Notes under the pieces: generated by a model
The model's database searches: none
What the model was told of the DNA's origin: nothing
Seen by the model: the letters and a program-made list of their open reading frames with translations, nothing else
Program-made: the position numbers and the translations under genes
Origin: a phage
Sequence record: PV946933.1
DNA length: 64,000 nucleotides
Reading direction: 5' to 3' (one strand)
Part shown: positions 58,592 to 64,000 of the stretch, one piece after another
How positions within the stretch are numbered: the stretch's first letter is position 1
Layout of the letters: each line of letters starts with the position of its first letter

Positions 58592-58768
58592 ATGACTACT
58601 TTAATTATTTGGTTCGACGAAAATGAAGAAACATACTGCGTGAACATTGATGAAAGTCCAATGCCTGACTTTGAATCTTCAGATAAGAAGTCGGTTATAT
58701 CTTGGGCTGAAGGTTATAAAGCAGCAAAAGGCGATGTTAAAATAGTTTATAAACTCTTTGAAATATAA
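58592..58768 (+). CDS. hypothetical small protein (58 aa)
   Basis: ACGGAGAAATAA RBS then ATG; below the ORF-track cutoff. Confidence 0.4.
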   Translation: MTTLIIWFDENEETYCVNIDESPMPDFESSDKKSVISWAEGYKAAKGDVKIVYKLFEI

Positions 58769-58811
58769 TATTCTCACGGATTTTAAATCTTAATCAACCT
58801 AAGGAAATACT

Positions 58812-59405
58812 ATGAACACACTGAAGAAAATTGTTGAGTTTATTCGCACTAAACTTGGTTCTGCTATGGCTAAGAATCTATCTGTTGAAGAACAGTATAC
58901 TGCTGCAGCAGCAAAACTGCTTGATAAAATTAAAGACCTAAAAACTGCTTCTGTTAAATCTATTAATGAAGAAAAACGTATTCGTGAACTTGTTATCGAA
59001 AAGAATCGACAAGCCGAATCAAAAGAGCGTGAAATTCGTAAACTTCTTTCCGAAGGTCAAGATGTAACATTGCACGCTAAACTCGGTTTACTATATCGTC
59101 GAACAGCTGAGCAGTTGACTACTAAAGCTGATGGTTATGCTGAAATGCGAATTGAAATCGCCAAGAAAGTAGTTGAGTTAGATGATGCTCGCCAAGAACT
59201 TGCAGTTAAATTGGAATATATTCGTGAAACTCGTGCGGCAAATGCCCTTGGAATTAGTACTGCCGATGATGTAGTTGAAATTGCAGCATTGACTAAGGTT
59301 GATATTGAAGATACCCTTGCTCGAGTTGAAACCTTTAACGGTAATATTTCTGGGGTTGAAACCACTTCTGCCGATGTTCAGGAATACATTAATTCTCTGA
59401 AATAA
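58812..59405 (+). CDS. hypothetical coiled-coil protein (197 aa)
   Basis: heptad-like Lys/Glu-rich sequence; AAGGAAA RBS. Confidence 0.5.
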   Translation: MNTLKKIVEFIRTKLGSAMAKNLSVEEQYTAAAAKLLDKIKDLKTASVKSINEEKRIRELVIEKNRQAESKEREIRKLLSEGQDVTLHAKLGLLYRRTAEQLTTKADGYAEMRIEIAKKVVELDDARQELAVKLEYIRETRAANALGISTADDVVEIAALTKVDIEDTLARVETFNGNISGVETTSADVQEYINSLK

Positions 59406-59410
59406 TGATA

Positions 59411-59426
59411 AGGGGCTTCGGCCCCT
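59411..59426 (+). terminator. hairpin aggggc-ttcg-gcccct
   Basis: seen directly; weak T tail. Confidence 0.45.
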
Positions 59427-59445
59427 ATTACTGGAGTAAATAGGA

Positions 59446-60054
59446 ATGAGAATGCAAAATGATTTCAATTCAATGTTTGAAGAGTTCCAAAGACAGGTTG
59501 ATGTTCCAGACCAATTACTAAATGCTCTTAAACGTATGGCAGAAGGACGTAATTATTATTGGGGTTCTTCATATGAAACTGATGAAAGTCTTTCTGGAAG
59601 ATTTTCCAGAGGTAAAAAGTCTTTAATACGTCCTGGAATACTTATTAACAGTATTGAATCAATTCATTCATTGACGTGTGATTTTGATGTTGAATTTACT
59701 GATTTCATTTCTCCTGAATGGACAGTTTGTTATTTAAACGACGATTTTGATTATCTCGGTGTTTATAGTTTAAGTGACGCATGGTTTAAACGTAACTTAC
59801 AAAAGTCAAATTTATTCTATATTGATACTACAGTAAAATTTCAGGGAAAGAAATATTTCTTTACTCTTATAGTTGATTCTGAAACGAAGCATGAAAATAA
59901 ACGTATTCTTAGTAAAAGAAATATCTTGAATATTGTTGATGATCTTTTTGATAAATTAGTGGAAAATCCTAATTTTGAAAGTGATTTATTACTAGAAAAA
60001 TTTGTTAAGGAATGTAGAGAATATGTCAAAGCCATCACTATACCTTCCAAATAA
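59446..60054 (+). CDS. hypothetical protein (202 aa)
   Basis: ORF with AGGAA RBS. Confidence 0.5.
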   Translation: MRMQNDFNSMFEEFQRQVDVPDQLLNALKRMAEGRNYYWGSSYETDESLSGRFSRGKKSLIRPGILINSIESIHSLTCDFDVEFTDFISPEWTVCYLNDDFDYLGVYSLSDAWFKRNLQKSNLFYIDTTVKFQGKKYFFTLIVDSETKHENKRILSKRNILNIVDDLFDKLVENPNFESDLLLEKFVKECREYVKAITIPSK

Positions 60055-60415
60055 ACCTTTGAAGTATGAATTAAAGCGCCAGCTAATTCCTACTGATGTA
60101 TTAATAGGTCCTGTTATACTCATATCATTTGTAATTCTATTGATTATTGGAGGTGTTTTAGATGTTATGACTGATATTGATTCTGGCGAAATACTTGTGT
60201 TAATGCTAATTCTTCCATTAATAGTTCCACTTTTATTAGTACCTGTAAATTGGGTAGGATACTGGTATCAAGGAAGGCATTATCGTAAACGCGTACGCGA
60301 TTGGAAAGCACAGTGTAAAAAGATTAAAAAGGAACATCAGCTTAAACTTGCTGCGTATGAATTTAATGAAATTATGAAATTTGTTAAGGAATCACGATGC
60401 AAAAGCCAAAATTAA
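60002..60415 (+). CDS. small membrane protein (start uncertain, 60002 or 60023)
   Basis: two long hydrophobic segments. Confidence 0.45.
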   Translation: MLRNVENMSKPSLYLPNKPLKYELKRQLIPTDVLIGPVILISFVILLIIGGVLDVMTDIDSGEILVLMLILPLIVPLLLVPVNWVGYWYQGRHYRKRVRDWKAQCKKIKKEHQLKLAAYEFNEIMKFVKESRCKSQN

Positions 60416-60740
60416 ATAAAGTCAAATATTCGTTTTCTGAGTCATTTTTAATTTTTGCTGTGGCGTTGGCTGCAGCTCTTGCGGGTAGTCTTTTTGGATT
60501 GTTAATTGACTGTCTTATTTTAAACATCGACGGCACAGTAAATATAACAGAAGTTTGGAGTGAGCTTTGTTATACTAAAATTATTTCATTATTTTCATTC
60601 TTTGGTATCATTTTATATTTTCATTATGATAACTTTAAAATAAATTGGCAAAGAAAAAAGGATTACAAAATACAATTAAAAGAATATAATAGCTACATTT
60701 CTTATATTGAAAATGAAGCAATGAAAGAGTTTGTGAGTGA

Positions 60741-60759
<19 letters not shown>
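60397..60759 (+). CDS. small membrane protein (120 aa)
   Basis: hydrophobic segments; overlaps neighbours by a few codons. Confidence 0.45.
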
Positions 60760-61728
<969 letters not shown>

Positions 61729-61743
61729 AGTTGTTTACTTTCT

Positions 61744-61772
61744 CCTAGAACTGTGATAGTATATTCATAGTT
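61744..61772 (+). promoter_or_regulatory. early-promoter-like GTTTAC ... TGATAGTAT
   Basis: -35 at 61744-61749; -10 at 61764-61772. Confidence 0.5.
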
Positions 61773-61799
61773 ACTAATTAAAATATTTAAAGGAACCAT

Positions 61800-62117
61800 A
61801 TGAAAACGTTTAAAGAATTTATTGCAGAATCTGCCCAAGGACAACGTGTAGAAGGCGGTTATATCTGGATTGAACAAGTTGAGCCGCCAAGTCGCACTTC
61901 TACAGGTAAATGGAAAATCACTGTTGATGGTCCTGGTGGTAAACGTAGGACTCTTAAAGAAATTAACGGGTACTATGAAGAAGCTCTTTCTGACGCGGGT
62001 ACTTATATGATGCAAATCATGATTAAAAACCCAGAAAATCGTTTTGCGGCTAGAGTTTTCCGCCGTATTGGAAATAAGCTTTATGATGCATATTCTAAAA
62101 ACTTCCCTAAAGAATAA
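61800..62117 (+). CDS. internal-protein-like head protein with capsid-targeting leader (105 aa)
   Basis: N-terminus MKTFKEFIAE; basic body. Confidence 0.6.
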   Translation: MKTFKEFIAESAQGQRVEGGYIWIEQVEPPSRTSTGKWKITVDGPGGKRRTLKEINGYYEEALSDAGTYMMQIMIKNPENRFAARVFRRIGNKLYDAYSKNFPKE

Positions 62118-62132
62118 AAATAAAGGAAATAC

Positions 62133-62711
62133 ATGAAAACCTATAAAGAATTTATCGCTGAAGCTTCTGTAGTAAAGGCCAAAGGCATTAATAAAGATGA
62201 GTGGACTTATCGTGGCGGAAACGGCTTTGACCCTAAAACTGCTCCACTTGAACGATATCTAGCCACAAAAGCTTCTGATTTTAAAGCCTTCGCCTGGGAA
62301 GGACTTCGCTGGCGTAACGATCTAAATATTGAAGTTGACGGACTTAAATTTGCTCATATTGAAGATGTTGTTGCTAGTAACTTAGACGCAGCTTTTGTTA
62401 AAGCCGACAGTGATCTTCGTCGCTGGAATTTAAAACTGTTCTCTAAACAAAAAGGCCCGAAGTTTGTGCCTAAAGCCGGTAAATGGGTCATTGATAATAA
62501 ATTAGCTAAGGCTGTCAACTACGCTGGTCTTGAATTCGCCAAGCACAAATCATCATGGAAAGGTCTTGATGCAATGGCTTTCCGTAAAGAATTTGCCGAT
62601 GTTATGGCTAAAGGCGGCTTTAAGGCAGAAATAGATACCTCTAAAGGTACGTTTAAGGACGCTAATGTTCAGTACGCTTATGCCGTTGCTAATGCAGCCC
62701 GTGGTAATTAA
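62133..62711 (+). CDS. ipIII: internal protein III
   Basis: MKTYKEFIAE leader; 192 aa; position next to e; recalled similarity to T4 IPIII. Confidence 0.8.
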   Translation: MKTYKEFIAEASVVKAKGINKDEWTYRGGNGFDPKTAPLERYLATKASDFKAFAWEGLRWRNDLNIEVDGLKFAHIEDVVASNLDAAFVKADSDLRRWNLKLFSKQKGPKFVPKAGKWVIDNKLAKAVNYAGLEFAKHKSSWKGLDAMAFRKEFADVMAKGGFKAEIDTSKGTFKDANVQYAYAVANAARGN

Positions 62712-62752
62712 TAAGGCCTATACTTAGGCCTATTTACATTTAAAGGAAACAT

Positions 62753-63055
62753 ATGAAAACATTTAAAGAATTTATCACTGAAGCAAAAGCCCCGAAGGTT
62801 TTTCAAATTTGTTCACAAGGAAATTTAGACAAAGAATACGTTGACGCCATCGTAGCAAGCATTGTCAACCAAGGCGTGCAAGTAGATGCAGTTGAATTTA
62901 CCAAAGGCCCTACCTTTAATATCGTTGTATCTAAGGGTTCTTTGGCTAAAATTAAAAAGGCCTGGGGTGTTATGAGAGCTTACCAAGTAGATGATTCTGC
63001 TCCCGGGCCGAAAGTACGAATGAATACCCTTAAGGGAGGCCGTGAATACGTTTAG
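62753..63055 (+). CDS. ipII: internal protein II
   Basis: MKTFKEFITE leader; 100 aa; position. Confidence 0.75.
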   Translation: MKTFKEFITEAKAPKVFQICSQGNLDKEYVDAIVASIVNQGVQVDAVEFTKGPTFNIVVSKGSLAKIKKAWGVMRAYQVDDSAPGPKVRMNTLKGGREYV

Positions 63056-63133
63056 GCCTATTGTCTATACTTATTAGAATATTATACGGACTACCATGTG
63101 CCACGGAATGGCCCAACCTAAAAGAGAAACTAA

Positions 63134-63673
63134 ATGAGAACATTTTTAACTGGTCCTTATCTATCCCTGATGAATGCTTTTACACACCATTCTGATGCTA
63201 GAGTAGAAGAAATTTGTAAAAACGATTATATCCCACCATTTGAAGACTTACTCAAACAGTATTGCACACTTCGACTAGATGGTGGACGTCAATCCGGTAA
63301 ATCAACTGCAATAACTAATTTTGCCGCTAATTGGTTATATGATGGTGGAACAGTTATTGTTCTTTCTAATACTTCAGCTTACGCTAAAATTTCTGCGGGC
63401 CACATTAAAAAAGAGTTTTCTCGTTATTCTAGCGATGATATTCGATTCCGCTTATTTACCGATTCTGTCCGTAGTTTTATCGGTAATAAAGGAAGCAAGT
63501 TCAGAGGTTTATCGCTTTCGCGGATTTTGTATATAATCGATGAGCCTGTTAAATCTCCTGATATGGATAAAATTTACGATATTCATATTGAAACTGTGCA
63601 CCACTGTTGCAATAGTAAATGCTGCATTGGTGGTATTACTCGTCCACAGTTTTTCATAATCGGAATGCAATGA
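63134..63673 (+). CDS. small P-loop NTPase (179 aa)
   Basis: Walker A GGRQSGKST and Walker B ILYIIDEP; four Cys near the C-terminus. Confidence 0.55.
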   Translation: MRTFLTGPYLSLMNAFTHHSDARVEEICKNDYIPPFEDLLKQYCTLRLDGGRQSGKSTAITNFAANWLYDGGTVIVLSNTSAYAKISAGHIKKEFSRYSSDDIRFRLFTDSVRSFIGNKGSKFRGLSLSRILYIIDEPVKSPDMDKIYDIHIETVHHCCNSKCCIGGITRPQFFIIGMQ

Positions 63674-63999
63674 TGACAGACACGCAACTTTTCGAATATC
63701 TTTATTTTTCGCCAAAAACTATTAAAAATAAATTGGTGAATCATTTTGAAATTTTGGCAAATAACAACGTCTTGAGCGAATTTTATCCTAAGCAATACAA
63801 ATTACAAAAAGGCGTATTCAAAGGATGCAGAGTTTTGTGCACTGCTCCTAATGCAAGATTAATGAATAAAATTCCATATTTTACCATGGAATTTATTGAT
63901 GGACCTTTTAAAGGACTAATCACCCAAAGTTTAATGGCATATGATTCTGAGCCATTTTTAATTAAAGAGCAATCTTGGATAAATTTATTTTCTAATTGA
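63670..63999 (+). CDS. hypothetical protein (about 109 aa), translationally coupled to the P-loop gene
   Basis: ATGA start/stop overlap at 63670-63673. Confidence 0.45.
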   Translation: MMTDTQLFEYLYFSPKTIKNKLVNHFEILANNNVLSEFYPKQYKLQKGVFKGCRVLCTAPNARLMNKIPYFTMEFIDGPFKGLITQSLMAYDSEPFLIKEQSWINLFSN

Positions 64000-64000
64000 G

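Noticed and set aside
58812-59405. Possible PspA/IM30-like identity of the 197-aa coiled-coil protein
   Set aside because: The resemblance is limited to generic coiled-coil composition; it cannot be supported without a profile search.

Overview
This window reads as a contiguous segment of a T4-like (Tequatrovirus-type) lytic myovirus genome, in reverse orientation to the conventional T4 map. It runs from the 3' part of DNA ligase (gene 30) through two tandem alt-like ADP-ribosyltransferase genes, the baseplate hub genes (54-48-29-28-27-51, 26-25), uvsY/uvsW, hoc, rnlB, the head genes (24, segD, 23-22-21-68-67-20), the tail and neck genes (19, 18, 17/16 terminase, 15-14-13, wac, 12-6, 5.4, 5, 53), 4-2-3-1-57A-57B, a 10-tRNA cluster, nudE, lysozyme e and ipIII/ipII. 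Gene calls rest on recognised T4 protein sequences, lengths and gene order; no database search was possible, so identities are from recall. There is no CRISPR array, integrase or bacterial chromosomal gene. The most interesting content lies in the hyperplastic regions around the tRNA cluster: seven ORFs carry the internal-protein capsid-targeting leader (MK[TS][YF]x[EQ]F[IL]xE), several of them apparently novel, and some are preceded by repeated early-promoter/stem-loop cassettes or bracketed by near-identical terminator repeats. Other points of note are a tRNA-like structured RNA region, two extra tRNAs (Tyr, Asn) relative to T4, an HNH endonuclease gene between genes 18 and 19, and a small P-loop ATPase module after ipII.
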